DNA of 64,000 nucleotides from Planctomycetaceae bacterium (lineage in GTDB: Bacteria > Planctomycetota > SZUA-567): the NCBI GenBank assembly GCA_021201355.1, contig JAJQFC010000024.1, forward strand, positions 206 through 64,205, in the 5' to 3' direction. Shown in pieces: positions 48,020-58,663 of this stretch (position 1 is its first letter; each line of letters opens with the position of its first letter). The translations under genes were made by a program, and so were the position numbers. The notes under the pieces are model-generated. The model had not been told where the DNA came from. It worked only from the letters and a program-made list of their open reading frames with translations, and did no database searches.

Positions 48020-49693
48020 ATGCCCAAGGTCGACCTCAAGGAAATTCGCGAAAAGGAACTGGCCAAACAAAAGGCGTTCAAAGCGCGCCTGTTTGTCTGC
48101 GCCTCAACCGGCTGCGTCGCCTCCGGCTGCAAGGAAGTGATGGCCGCCGTCACGGAAGACCTCAAGTCCCACGGCCTCGACAAGGAAGTGCAGATCGTCC
48201 CCACCGGCTGCATGGGCCTGTGCAGCCACGGCCCGCTCATCCGCGCCGAAGTGCCGGGCCAGTAGCCCGTCCTCTACACCGAAATGGACGGCATGCTCGC
48301 CCGCCTCATGGTGGCGGAACACCTGGAACCGGCCATCCGCCGCCCGGAGACGTTCACCGGCGCGCCCGAGTTTTTGAAAGACCACACCCTCAGCCTCGAC
48401 ACGCCGTTCTTCACCGATCAGGTCAAGGTCGTTCTTGCCAATTCCGGCCACATCGTCCCGGAAAGCATAGACGACTACATCGCCGACGGCGGCTACGACG
48501 CCTGGCAGCGCGTCGTCACCTCGATGACGCCGCAGGACGTCATCCGGGAAATCACCGAATCCGGCCTTCGTGGCCGCGGCGGCGGCGGCTTCCCCACCGG
48601 CAAAAAGTGGGAACTCACGGCCCAGGTCCAGAATGAGGAAAAGTTCATCATCTGTAACGGCGACGAAGGCGACCCGGGCGCCTATATGGACCGGTCCATC
48701 CTTGAAGGCAATCCCCACGCCGTCATCGAAGGCATGCTCATCGCCGGCTTCGCCATCGGCGCGACCAGCGGCTGGTTCTACGTTCGGGCCGAATACCCGC
48801 TGGCGGTCGAACGCCTCGACAAGGCCCTGAAAGCGGCCCGCCGCTACAACCTTCTCGGCAAGGACATCCTCGGGACCGGCCGCGATCTCGACCTGGAAAT
48901 CCGCCTCGGCGCCGGCGCTTTTGTCTGCGGCGAAGAAACCGCCCTTATCGCCTCTATCGAAGGCAAGCGCGGTTCCCCGACGCCGCGTCCGCCGTACCCG
49001 TCCGTCAAGGGTCTATGGGGCATGCCGAGCTGTGTGAATAATGTCGAAACGCTTGCCAACGTCCCGACCATCATGAACCGCGGCGGCGCCTGGTTCGCCT
49101 CGATGGGGACGGAAACGTCCAAGGGAACGAAGGTGTTCGCCCTCACCGGCAAGGTCAAACACTCCGGTCTTATCGAGGTGCCGATGGGGATATCGCTGAA
49201 ACGAATTGTCGAATCCATCGGCGGCGGCACGTCGACGGGGAAAAAGATTAAAGCGGTGCAGACCGGCGGCCCGTCCGGCGGCGTCATTCCGGAAAAGGAA
49301 ATGGATCTGCCGGTATGCTACGACCACCTGAAAAAGGTCGGGTCAATCATGGGGTCTGGCGGCATGATCGTCATGGACGAAGACGACGACATGGTCGACA
49401 TCGCCAAGTTCTACCTGGGATTCACGGTTGACGAAAGTTGCGGTAAATGCGCTCCCTGCCGCATCGGCGGCAAACAGCTTCTTCTTCTTCTCGAAAAGAT
49501 CGCCGACGGCAAGGCGGTTGAGGAGGACATCGAGGATTTGAAGCGCCTCGCCGTTTCCATGAAGAAGGCCTCCCTGTGCGGCCTTGGCCAGACCGCGCCG
49601 AACCCGGTGCTGTCGACCCTCAATTTCTTCCTGGACGAATATCAGGCGCGGCTCACCACCAAGGAGGCGTTGGCGGAGAAGGATAAGGCGTAA
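48020..49693 (+). pseudogene. NuoF-like flavoprotein subunit of [FeFe]-hydrogenase (HydB/HndC-like) interrupted by one in-frame TAG
   Basis: Single frame 2 reading frame, broken only by TAG at 48263-48265. The break is inside the N-terminal thioredoxin-like 2Fe-2S domain, after both Cys pairs (CASTGC, CMGLC): ...GPLIRAEVPGQ*PVLYTEMDG... Downstream, GRGGGGFPTGKKW and SCGKCAPCR are intact. ORF-track pieces are 48020-48265 and 48284-49693. No SD precedes ATG 48284. Confidence 0.75.
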
Positions 49694-49840
49694 GGTGTCC
49701 TTGCGAAGTTTTTTCTATTGACCGTTTTTTGAATGAGCAACTTTTTCTAAATAGAAAAATAGACATCGTCCAAACGTAAAATAGAAAACGGACAACCCAA
49801 ACTTTCAGTCATCCCCGAATTCAGAGAAGGACAGTAAACC

Positions 49841-51586
49841 ATGATAACCGCAACCATCAACGGCATCCAGGTGAGCGTCGAACCTGGTACCAGCATATAC
49901 AAGGCCGCGCACCAGGCGCAGGTCAACATCCCCACCCTTTGCTATCACCCGGACCTGGCGCCGACCGCCGCCTGCGGCATCTGCGTCGTCAAGGTGAAGG
50001 GCGCCGCCAACATGGTCCGCGCCTACACGACGCCGGTGGCGCAGGGCATGGAAATCGTCACCCAGGATCCGGAAATCGTCCAGGTCCGCCGCTCGGTTCT
50101 CGAGATGATCCTGTCGAACCACCCGAACGAATGCCTCACCTGCCTCCGCTCCGGCGAGTGCGAACTGCAAAACCTCGCCCGCGACTTCGGCATCTACAAT
50201 TCGAAGTTGCCGAAAATCATCACCGAACGGGAAAAGGACGCCTCAACCAAGTCCATCGTCCTCGACTCCCGGAAGTGCATTCGCTGCGGCCGCTGCACCC
50301 AGGTCTGCCAGGAAATGCAGAACGTCTGGGCCCTGTCCATCGAACACCGCGGCCTCGACGCCGTCGTCCAGCCGGCCGGCGACATCGAACTGGCGGAAAA
50401 TCCCTGCGTCCGCTGCGGCCAGTGTTCGGCCCACTGCCCGGTCGGCGCCATTTACGAATACGACGAAACCGAACTGGTGCGGAAAGCGCTTATGGATCCG
50501 GAAATGCACTGCATTGTGCAAATCGCTCCGGCGGTCCGCGTCTCCATCGGCGAATCGTTCGGGTTCGCGCCGGGTAAGAACCTTACCGGCAAACTCTACA
50601 CCGCCCTCCGCCGCATGGGCTTCGACCAGGTGTTCGACACCAACTTCGGCGCCGACGTCACCATCATGGAAGAGGCGTCGGAACTGGTCGAGCGGATAAA
50701 GTCCGGCAAGGGGGCGATTCCCCTCATCACCACCTGCTGTCCGTCGTGGGTCGACTTTATGGAGAAATTCGACGCCGACATGATTGAGTATTTCTCGAGC
50801 TGCAAGTCGCCGCAGGCCATTGTCGGCGCGCTGTCGAAGAGTTATTACGCCGAAAAGGCGGGGATACCGGTCGACAAGATCTTCATGGTGTCCATAATGC
50901 CCTGTACGGCGAAGAAGTTTGAAATCGTTCGGGCCAAGGAAATGTTCTCGTCCGGCCACCAGGACATTGACGTCTCCCTGACGACGCGGGAACTGTCCCG
51001 CATGCTGAACCAGGCCGGCATCGAATTCGCCTCCCTCCCGGACGGCCAGGCCGATTCGCCGCTCGGGCAGTACACCGGCGCCGCCACCATCTTCGGCGAG
51101 ACCGGTGGCGTGATGGAGGCGGCGCTCCGCACCGCCTACCACATGATTACCGGTAAGGAACTTGACCAACTTGAATTCGAGTCCATCCACACCATGGACG
51201 GCATCAAAGAACTCGCCATCGACATCGACGGCCTGAACCTCCGCATCGCCGTCGCCCACGGCCTCCGGCATGTGGAAGAGGTTATTGAACGCGTCCGAAC
51301 CGCCTTGGAAAAAGGCGAAGAAGTGCCGTGGCACTTTATTGAAGTGATAGCCTGTCCCGGCGGCTGCGTCGGCGGCGGCGGCCAGTTCTGGGGTGTCAAC
51401 GACGGCATCCGGAAGATGCGGGCGAAAGGCCTCAGTGAAGACGATCGCGGCAGCGCCCTCCGGCGGAGCCATGAAAATCCGGATGTCAAAAAACTGTACG
51501 AAGAGTTCATCGGCGCGCCCCTCAGCGAGAAGGCGCACAAATTATTCCACACCCATTACCAGCCGCGCAGCCAGTACCGGCGGTAA
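49841..51586 (+). CDS. hydA: [FeFe]-hydrogenase catalytic subunit
   Basis: N-terminal 2Fe-2S and 4Fe-4S domains. H-cluster motifs TTCCPSWV, MPCTAKKFE and EVIACPGGCVGGGGQ. Confidence 0.95.
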   Translation: MITATINGIQVSVEPGTSIYKAAHQAQVNIPTLCYHPDLAPTAACGICVVKVKGAANMVRAYTTPVAQGMEIVTQDPEIVQVRRSVLEMILSNHPNECLTCLRSGECELQNLARDFGIYNSKLPKIITEREKDASTKSIVLDSRKCIRCGRCTQVCQEMQNVWALSIEHRGLDAVVQPAGDIELAENPCVRCGQCSAHCPVGAIYEYDETELVRKALMDPEMHCIVQIAPAVRVSIGESFGFAPGKNLTGKLYTALRRMGFDQVFDTNFGADVTIMEEASELVERIKSGKGAIPLITTCCPSWVDFMEKFDADMIEYFSSCKSPQAIVGALSKSYYAEKAGIPVDKIFMVSIMPCTAKKFEIVRAKEMFSSGHQDIDVSLTTRELSRMLNQAGIEFASLPDGQADSPLGQYTGAATIFGETGGVMEAALRTAYHMITGKELDQLEFESIHTMDGIKELAIDIDGLNLRIAVAHGLRHVEEVIERVRTALEKGEEVPWHFIEVIACPGGCVGGGGQFWGVNDGIRKMRAKGLSEDDRGSALRRSHENPDVKKLYEEFIGAPLSEKAHKLFHTHYQPRSQYRR

Positions 51587-51606
51587 CGGTGTACTGAAGG
51601 AATCAA

Positions 51607-51641
51607 CGAGGCGGCCGGTCGACGGCCGCCTCGCTCTTTTT
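51607..51641 (+). terminator. intrinsic terminator after hydA
   Basis: 11-bp stem CGAGGCGGCCG / CGGCCGCCTCG, then CTCTTTTT. Confidence 0.8.
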
Positions 51642-51921
51642 CCTACAGGCATTTTTTCGGACGGCTTCAAGGCGTACAGTCCCGTCGACAGCATGAGGGG
51701 AAACGTCGAACGCGCTGTTTTCGAATTTGATTTCCGGAGAAAAAGAATATAGTTGTACCAGTTGAAAACCTGACGAGCGGTACATGCCTGGAAAACGGCG
51801 TCCCACCCGCGAACTGTTTGAATCCTTGTCCGTGACCGGACGGCGCTGCCGTCGGCGCGGACGTTTCACTAGACGCAGTCCGAAGCTGTTCCTGAACAGC
51901 TTCCCGTAAAGGAAGACTCTC

Positions 51922-53001
51922 ATGAACCGTATCTACAATTTCTCGTCCGGCCCCGCCGTTCTTCCCCTGACGGTCCTGGAACAGGCGCAGCGCGAACTTG
52001 TCGACTTCGAGGGAAGCGGCATGTCCCTCATGGAAATGTCCCACCGGGGAAAAATCTTCGACGCCATCATCAAGGCGGCCGAAACCAATTTCCGTACATT
52101 GATGGGCATCTCCGACGACTACGCCGTCCTTTTCCTCCCGGGCGGCGCCAGCCAGCAGTTCGCCATGATCCCGCTGAATCTTCTTCTCCCCGGCACCAGC
52201 GCCGACTATATCAACACCGGCTCCTGGGCGACGAAGGCTATCAAGGAAGCGAAAATCGTCGGCGACGTCAACGTCATCTGGGACGGCAAAGCCGACAACT
52301 ACATGTCGACGCCCGACCTCGCCGGCCTTCGGTTTACCGCGAACGCCGCCTACGTTCACCTGTGCTCCAACGAAACAATCGGCGGCATCCGCTTTCCCGA
52401 GTTCCCGAAGACGGACGCCCCCCTCATCGCCGACATGTCGTCGGACATCATGTCCCGCGTCATCGACGTCAACCAATTCGCCATGATCTACGCGGGGGCC
52501 CAGAAGAATCTCGGCCCGTCCGGCATGGCCGTCGTCGTCCTCCGGAAAGACCTGGCCGAACGCTGCCCTGACACGGTGAACTACTTCTTCCGTTATAAAA
52601 CCCACATGCCGGAACCGAGCCTCTACAACACGCCGAACACATGGGCCGTGTACATATTTAAACTGATCACCGACTGGGCCATCGAGCAGGGCGGCGTCGC
52701 CGCCATCCAGAAATGGAACGAGGAAAAGGCCGCCGCCGTCTACCGCGTCCTCGACGCTTCGCCCTTCTGGAAGCCGTGCGCCAACCCGGCCAACCGTTCC
52801 ATCATGAACATCACCTGGCGCCTGGAGACGGAAGAACTGGAGAAAAAGTTCGTCGCCGAAGCCGCCGCCGCCGGCCTGGACGGCCTGAAAGGCCACCGCT
52901 CCGTCGGCGGCATCCGCGCGAGCATCTACAACGCCTTCCCGATGGAAGGGATAACGGCGCTGACCGCGTTTATGGAAGACTTTGCCAAGAAAAACGGCTG
53001 A
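51922..53001 (+). CDS. serC: phosphoserine aminotransferase
   Basis: MNRIYNFSSGPAVLP...MSLMEMSHRGK N-terminus typical of SerC. 359 aa. Confidence 0.9.
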   Translation: MNRIYNFSSGPAVLPLTVLEQAQRELVDFEGSGMSLMEMSHRGKIFDAIIKAAETNFRTLMGISDDYAVLFLPGGASQQFAMIPLNLLLPGTSADYINTGSWATKAIKEAKIVGDVNVIWDGKADNYMSTPDLAGLRFTANAAYVHLCSNETIGGIRFPEFPKTDAPLIADMSSDIMSRVIDVNQFAMIYAGAQKNLGPSGMAVVVLRKDLAERCPDTVNYFFRYKTHMPEPSLYNTPNTWAVYIFKLITDWAIEQGGVAAIQKWNEEKAAAVYRVLDASPFWKPCANPANRSIMNITWRLETEELEKKFVAEAAAAGLDGLKGHRSVGGIRASIYNAFPMEGITALTAFMEDFAKKNG

Positions 53002-53038
53002 TACGCATACTCTGACTTTGGCGTCATGGCGTCGCGGC

Positions 53039-53073
53039 GGGGAAACGGGAGACCGTTTCCCCGTTTTTGTTTT
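53039..53073 (+). terminator. intrinsic terminator after serC
   Basis: Stem GGGGAAACGG / CCGTTTCCCC, then GTTTTTGTTTTG. Confidence 0.8.
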
Positions 53074-53321
53074 GCTCCCGGTTGTACACGGTACGCCGGG
53101 ATATTTATCCTGATAAAAGTATTGTCCCTCCTTGAAGCCGGAACCGCGATGCGGCACCGAGACGAGCACATTTCTCGAAAATTTCCCGGTCGCTTTCCGG
53201 CTGTCGAGAGGGGTGGTTCCATCGCAACGGAAAGCTTCTGTCAGAACGCGGCCGGCGAATCGCCACAGTGCGATCGTGATTCGGCCGGCACATCATACTT
53301 TTTGCCAGAAGAGGGCGAGCC

Positions 53322-54512
53322 ATGGACTATGCTGCCGAATCACTTCGTTTACATTATGAATGGCGGGGAAAAATTGAAATCCGGTCAAAGGTGCCGGTGC
53401 GAAACCAGGAAGACCTGTCCCTTGCCTACACACCGGGCGTCGCCGCGCCCTGCCTCGCCATCGCCCGTGATCCCGATCTCGTCTACGAACTGACTGGCCG
53501 CTGGAATACCGTGGCCGTCATCACGGACGGTTCCGCGGTTCTCGGCCTCGGGGATATCGGGCCGGAGGCGGCGATGCCGGTGATGGAAGGAAAATGCGTC
53601 CTTTTTAAAGAATTCGGCCGAGTTGACGCCATACCGTTGTGTATCCGGACCCGTGACGTCGACGCCATAGTCGAGACCGTCGCCCTTCTCGCCGGGTCGT
53701 TCGGCGGCATCAATCTTGAGGACATCGCCGCCCCGCGCTGTTTTGAAATCGAACGTCGCCTTAAAGAACGCTGCGACATCCCGGTCTTCCACGACGACCA
53801 GCACGGCACCGCCATCGTCACCCTTGCCGCTCTTCTGAACGCCCTCCGGGTGGTCGGAAAGGATATTGAAGCGGTCCGCGTCGTCATGAGCGGCGCCGGC
53901 GCCGCCGGCGCGGCCATTGCCCTTTTACTTATGAAAATGGGCCTGCGGGACGTTGTCCTGTGTGATCGTCAGGGCGCTCTCTATGCCGGCCGCCCCGGCA
54001 TGAACGATGAAAAAATCGCTTTATCAAAGGTGACGAATCCCCACAAGCGACGTGGCAGTTTGGCCGAAATGCTGAAGGGGACCGACGTGTTTATCGGGGT
54101 TTCCGCCCCCGGACTGGTGACGCCGGACATGGTCCGGACCATGGCGGAGCGGGCCATCCTGTTTCCGATGGCGAACCCGGTTCCGGAAATAATGCCGGAC
54201 CTCGCCCGCGATGCCGGAGCGGCGGTGGTCGGCACCGGCCGGAGCGATTTTCCAAACCAGATCAACAATGTCCTCGCCTTCCCCGGCGTGTTCCGTGGCG
54301 CCCTCGACGCCCGGGCCAGCGACATCAACGACGCCATGCAAATCGCCGCCACCGCCGCCCTCGCCGCCAGGGTCGCGGACGGCGACTTGTCGAGTGACCA
54401 TATTTTACCGGCGCCTTTCGAGGCCGGCGTCGGCGCCGCCGTGGCGAACGCGGTCGAAGAAGCGGCCCACACAACCGGAGTGGCCCGGTGCCGGGAACCG
54501 GCGCTGATCTGA
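53322..54512 (+). CDS. NAD(P)-dependent malic enzyme (short form)
   Basis: LSLAYTPGVA, VITDGSAVLGLGDIGPEAAMPVMEGK, FGGINLEDI and VMSGAGAAG motifs. Confidence 0.9.
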   Translation: MDYAAESLRLHYEWRGKIEIRSKVPVRNQEDLSLAYTPGVAAPCLAIARDPDLVYELTGRWNTVAVITDGSAVLGLGDIGPEAAMPVMEGKCVLFKEFGRVDAIPLCIRTRDVDAIVETVALLAGSFGGINLEDIAAPRCFEIERRLKERCDIPVFHDDQHGTAIVTLAALLNALRVVGKDIEAVRVVMSGAGAAGAAIALLLMKMGLRDVVLCDRQGALYAGRPGMNDEKIALSKVTNPHKRRGSLAEMLKGTDVFIGVSAPGLVTPDMVRTMAERAILFPMANPVPEIMPDLARDAGAAVVGTGRSDFPNQINNVLAFPGVFRGALDARASDINDAMQIAATAALAARVADGDLSSDHILPAPFEAGVGAAVANAVEEAAHTTGVARCREPALI

Positions 54513-54568
54513 GAAGGTCTTTTGGAAGAACGGAAAAACTAAATCCGTTGTAGAAAACAAAGCGTCGT

Positions 54569-54606
54569 AAAAAAGCTTCGATCCATAGCGGATTGAAGCT
54601 TTTTGT
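54569..54606. terminator. bidirectional intrinsic terminator (malic enzyme / MATE)
   Basis: AAAAAA-AGCTTCGATCC / GGATTGAAGCT-TTTTTG between convergent genes. Confidence 0.7.
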
Positions 54607-54642
54607 ATCAAGGATGAGTCTTCGGACATTGTCAGGTACGTT

Positions 54643-56136
54643 CTACAAAAACCGCACCGATTCCGATGTTTTCTTATCCCTGACCACAGTGTCCTGTTTT
54701 ATCCGGACAGACGCCGTCGGCGCGGTTTCGGTCAGCGGGCCGAACTTGCCCTGGTTTGAATAATTCATGACAACCGATTCGAAGCCTGGCTGTTCGTCGA
54801 ATTTGAGGTTCCGCATGGCGAGTAAATAGCCGGTGGCGAGAATCACAACCGCGCCGAACCAGCAGATCGGATTGATAAAGCACAACCCGAAAAAGCCCCA
54901 GCGCGCCACAATCGGGAACGTGACGAATACCCGTATGACAATCTCGATGCCGGACGCCGCCATCGGCATGGAGTTTTTACCTATGCCTTGAAGGGTGTTC
55001 CGGAGAACGAAGAGAATGCCCAGAATAAAATAGAAAATCGACGCGGTGCTGAGATAGAGCCGCGCTTCCCGCACCACTTCCGGCTCGTTCGCGTCGAGGC
55101 CGAACAATCCAAGGAACCAGCCGCCCGACGTCACCATGGTGAACCAGCCGAGGGCGCCGACGAGGCAGACGATGAGGATGCCGTACTTGACGGCCCGGCG
55201 GATGCGGTGCATTTTTTGGGCGCCGAAATTCTGGGCCGTGAACGTGGCGATGGCGATGCCGAGGGAGGCCATCGGTTGGGTGGCGAGCTGATCGATTTTC
55301 ACCGCCGACGAATAGGCCTTGATACTGTCTGTCCCAAGGCTGTTCACCGCCACCTGAAGGAACATGACGCTGATGGCGAGGATGGCCATCTGCGCCGCCA
55401 TGGACAGGCCGATGGCGAGATGTTTTCGGGCAAAGGGCCAGGAGAAAGTCCAGTCCTGCCGCCGGAGGCGTAGAATCGGGAACCGTTTCAGGCTGTAGAC
55501 AAGGCAGAGAACGACCGCCAACGCCTGCGATATCACCGTCGCCCAGCCGGCCCCGGCCACGCCCATCCCGACGTGGGCGATAAAGACATAGTCGAGGATG
55601 ATGTTCGTGATGCAGGCGACGACGAGGAAGATAAGAGGCGTGACGCTGTCCCCAAGCGCCCGAAGAATGCCGGAAAACAGGTTGAAGAAAATCGTCACCG
55701 CCGTCCCGCCGTAGATGACGATAATGTACGACCAGGAGTCGTCGATGATGTCGGCCGGGGTTTTCATCACCTCGAACATCCAATAGGCGGACGACATGGT
55801 GATGATGGTGAGGATGGCCGATATCGCCAGGGACAATATGATGCAGGTTGCGACGGACCGGCGCACCCCGTCATAATCCCGGGCGCCGTACCGTTGGGCT
55901 GTCGTGACGGTGAAGCCGCTCGTCAGCCCGAACGACACGCCGATGACGAGGAATGATATCGCCCCGGTGGCGCCGATGGCGGCCAGGGCCCGGGTGTTGA
56001 TGATGCGGCCGACGATTATCATGTCGGCCATGTTGTAGAACTGTTGAAACACGTTCCCTATCAAAAGCGGCAGTGAGAAAATAAGAATCTGACGCGCCGG
56101 ATGGCCGCGCGTCAGATCCAAGTTCAAGACCGACAT
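54643..56136 (-). CDS. MATE-family efflux transporter (intact)
   Basis: 12-TM pattern. N-terminus ILIFSLPLLIGNVFQQFYNMADMIIVGR. 497 aa with a C-terminal soluble tail. Confidence 0.85.
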   Translation of the reverse strand: MSVLNLDLTRGHPARQILIFSLPLLIGNVFQQFYNMADMIIVGRIINTRALAAIGATGAISFLVIGVSFGLTSGFTVTTAQRYGARDYDGVRRSVATCIILSLAISAILTIITMSSAYWMFEVMKTPADIIDDSWSYIIVIYGGTAVTIFFNLFSGILRALGDSVTPLIFLVVACITNIILDYVFIAHVGMGVAGAGWATVISQALAVVLCLVYSLKRFPILRLRRQDWTFSWPFARKHLAIGLSMAAQMAILAISVMFLQVAVNSLGTDSIKAYSSAVKIDQLATQPMASLGIAIATFTAQNFGAQKMHRIRRAVKYGILIVCLVGALGWFTMVTSGGWFLGLFGLDANEPEVVREARLYLSTASIFYFILGILFVLRNTLQGIGKNSMPMAASGIEIVIRVFVTFPIVARWGFFGLCFINPICWFGAVVILATGYLLAMRNLKFDEQPGFESVVMNYSNQGKFGPLTETAPTASVRIKQDTVVRDKKTSESVRFL

Positions 56137-56627
56137 GGTTTTTCGCCTTTCGTGAGCATTGTCTGGACGATGGTATTGTCCATCTTTGTCGGCCGCAGTT
56201 CAAGAGGCTGCACGCCGTTTTCGCCGGCCATCCAAAAATTAGACGCTCGCGGTCGATAAACCCGGATTCACTCGACAAATCCGTCCCCGCCCGGTTCATT
56301 TCGGCCCGATTAACGCCACGCATATAAGCCGGAATGACGGCCATAGAGATGGACTACATGGACCGCCCGCCCGACTGTGAAAAAACGCGCACCCCTGCGA
56401 GTGCGCGTCTTCGGCATGGATAGTGCCACTGTAAAAATTGAAGCGCTTTTCCCGCGACGAGCGTCTTCGTTGGCAGCGAAAAGGCGGGAATGTCATTTTG
56501 TGGTTATCGTCGCGGGTCGGCGCCGTACTAATCTCCGGGTCGGCGAAAAAGGGTTCAGCCCGTGTCTCACAGTGATTCACAATTCCCTTCCGCGCTTTTC
56601 CCGGATGAGTTCTCTGAAAAACCGCTT

Positions 56628-57416
56628 TCAGCCGTTCGCCATAATCGCCTTGACGGCTGTTTGGGTATCGGTTTTCGGGAACAGTTCGTAGCCGACGATG
56701 CCGGTATACCCTATGTTCTCCAGGTGGCGGAGGAGGAGGGCGTAGTCGATTTCTCCCGTCCCCGGTTCATGGCGGCCGGGTGCGTCGGCGACGTGAATAT
56801 GGCCGATGGCGTCGACGTATGTCGACAGGGTGTCGGCCAGTTTTCCTTCATTGAGTTGCATATGGTAGGCGTCATAGAGAACTTTCAGGCGGGGCGAACC
56901 GATAAGGCGGACAATCTCCGCCGCCATCTGCGTGGTCTGGAGAAAATTGCCGACGTGATCGGTGGTGATATTGAGTCCTTCGAGGTTCAGGTTGACGCCG
57001 TATTCGTCGGCAAGGGGCACGCAGGCGAGGAGGGTGTCGTACATGGAGCAGAGTTTGACCGTGTCGGAAAGATCGTCGTAGTGGTTGACGACCACGCCGC
57101 CGTCGCCAAGGGCGTTCGAATGGATAGTGACGCTGAGGGAGCCGATTTTCTTCGCCACCTCCAGGGACTGGCGGAGGGCGTCGAGATACGGTTTTTTGTG
57201 GGTCGGATCGATGAGGGAATAGTCGGCGTCGCCGTTGAAGCCGCAGATGCCGATGCCGGCGTCACGGGCGGCGGCATGGAGCGCGTCCAGATCCTTGTCG
57301 GTCCAGCCCCAGAATTCGATAAATTCAAAACCATCCTTCCGGGCCGCCTGAAACCGGTCGTAAAACGGGATCTCGGTGTACAACGTTTCCAGATTGGCCG
57401 CTTTCCTGAGAGTCAT
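56628..57416 (-). CDS. hydroxypyruvate isomerase-like / xylose-isomerase-like TIM-barrel protein
   Basis: ANLETLYTEIPFYDRFQAARKDGFEFIEFW N-terminus and HIHVAD...PGTGEI motif typical of the Hyi/OtnI family. Confidence 0.75.
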   Translation of the reverse strand: MTLRKAANLETLYTEIPFYDRFQAARKDGFEFIEFWGWTDKDLDALHAAARDAGIGICGFNGDADYSLIDPTHKKPYLDALRQSLEVAKKIGSLSVTIHSNALGDGGVVVNHYDDLSDTVKLCSMYDTLLACVPLADEYGVNLNLEGLNITTDHVGNFLQTTQMAAEIVRLIGSPRLKVLYDAYHMQLNEGKLADTLSTYVDAIGHIHVADAPGRHEPGTGEIDYALLLRHLENIGYTGIVGYELFPKTDTQTAVKAIMANG

Positions 57417-57610
57417 GGCTCGTTACTCCTAAAGTGGGGTCGAAGAGGGGCGCGCCGGTTCCGGCCGCCGCGCCCGGGGGTTTGCGTGGAGGCGTTTTCA
57501 GCCTGCGACGCCGTCGGCCGGGAGACGGACGGATCGTTACGTCGGCGCGGCGACGGCAGGCGAACAGCCTCGAGTGTACGCGTTCCAGTGTGACGTTACA
57601 ACAGGAAAAC

Positions 57611-58552
57611 TCACTGACCGGCCATGAACGCTTCGACGTTGTCCTTGGTGATGAGTTCCGCCTTGGTGACGGTATGCGGCGGCAGTTTTTTGCCGGCCAG
57701 AACGTCGAGGTAGGCCTTGATGGCGGCGCGGGCCTGAAGGGCCGGATACTGGGCGACGCTTCCCATGAGGGAACCTTCCCGGATAGTGAGGATGTCGTCG
57801 TTACTGGCGTCGAAATCGAAGACGGCTATTTCGCCGACGCGGCCGGCCTGCTCGATGGCCTGGATGGCGCCCTGGCCCATTTCGGCATTGACCGACCAGA
57901 CGATGCTGACGTCGGGGCGCGAGGTCAGGAGGTTCTGCATGACGTTGAAGCCGAGGTTCCGGTCGCAATTGGCGGTCTGGGAGGCGACGATTTCAAAGCC
58001 GGGCTTGCCTTCGACCTGGTCCCGGAAGCCCATGAGGCGCTGCTCGAGGGCGTCGACGCCGGCCGGGCCTTCAAGAAGGACGACCTTGCCGCCGGGGAGC
58101 TTTTCCGCCGCGTATTTCCCGGCGAGGGCGGCGGCCTGGTACTGGTCGATGCCGGTGTAGGTCTCGACGCGTCCGCCGTCCTCGGCGAGCGCCGTCATGT
58201 CGATGGTGTCGTTGACGAGGATGACCGGGATGTCGGCGCGATTGGCCTGGACGATGACCGGATTCAGAGCTTTCGAATCGGCGGCGGAGAGGATGATGGC
58301 GTCGAAGTTGGAGATGATGGCGTTCTCGACCATCTGGATCTGCCGCTCAACATCCATTTCCTTTTCCGGGGCCTGGAAGGAAAGTTCCACATTCATTTCT
58401 TCGGCAGCCTTTTCAGCGCCGTCCCGCATGTCGATCCAGAACTGATCGGTCATGGCCTTGACGACATAGGCTATACGGGTCTTTTCAGCCGAGACGGCGA
58501 CGCCGGCACTCAAGGCGAACAGAAGGGTGAAGGCGAGCAATACTTTTTTCAT
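57611..58552 (-). CDS. sugar ABC transporter substrate-binding protein (ribose/RbsB-type)
   Basis: ATG 58552 with a GGAG SD. Signal peptide MKKVLLAFTLLFALSAGVAVSA. Periplasmic-binding fold type I pattern. Confidence 0.85.
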   Translation of the reverse strand: MKKVLLAFTLLFALSAGVAVSAEKTRIAYVVKAMTDQFWIDMRDGAEKAAEEMNVELSFQAPEKEMDVERQIQMVENAIISNFDAIILSAADSKALNPVIVQANRADIPVILVNDTIDMTALAEDGGRVETYTGIDQYQAAALAGKYAAEKLPGGKVVLLEGPAGVDALEQRLMGFRDQVEGKPGFEIVASQTANCDRNLGFNVMQNLLTSRPDVSIVWSVNAEMGQGAIQAIEQAGRVGEIAVFDFDASNDDILTIREGSLMGSVAQYPALQARAAIKAYLDVLAGKKLPPHTVTKAELITKDNVEAFMAGQ

Positions 58553-58663
58553 GATTTTCTCCTCGTGGTAGACAACGGGACGGTTCTTAGAAAAACAGCG
58601 AAAAAACGGCACACGTTCGGACATTTTGGGTTATGGAGCCGGTCTGGTGGTGGACCGCCCGGT

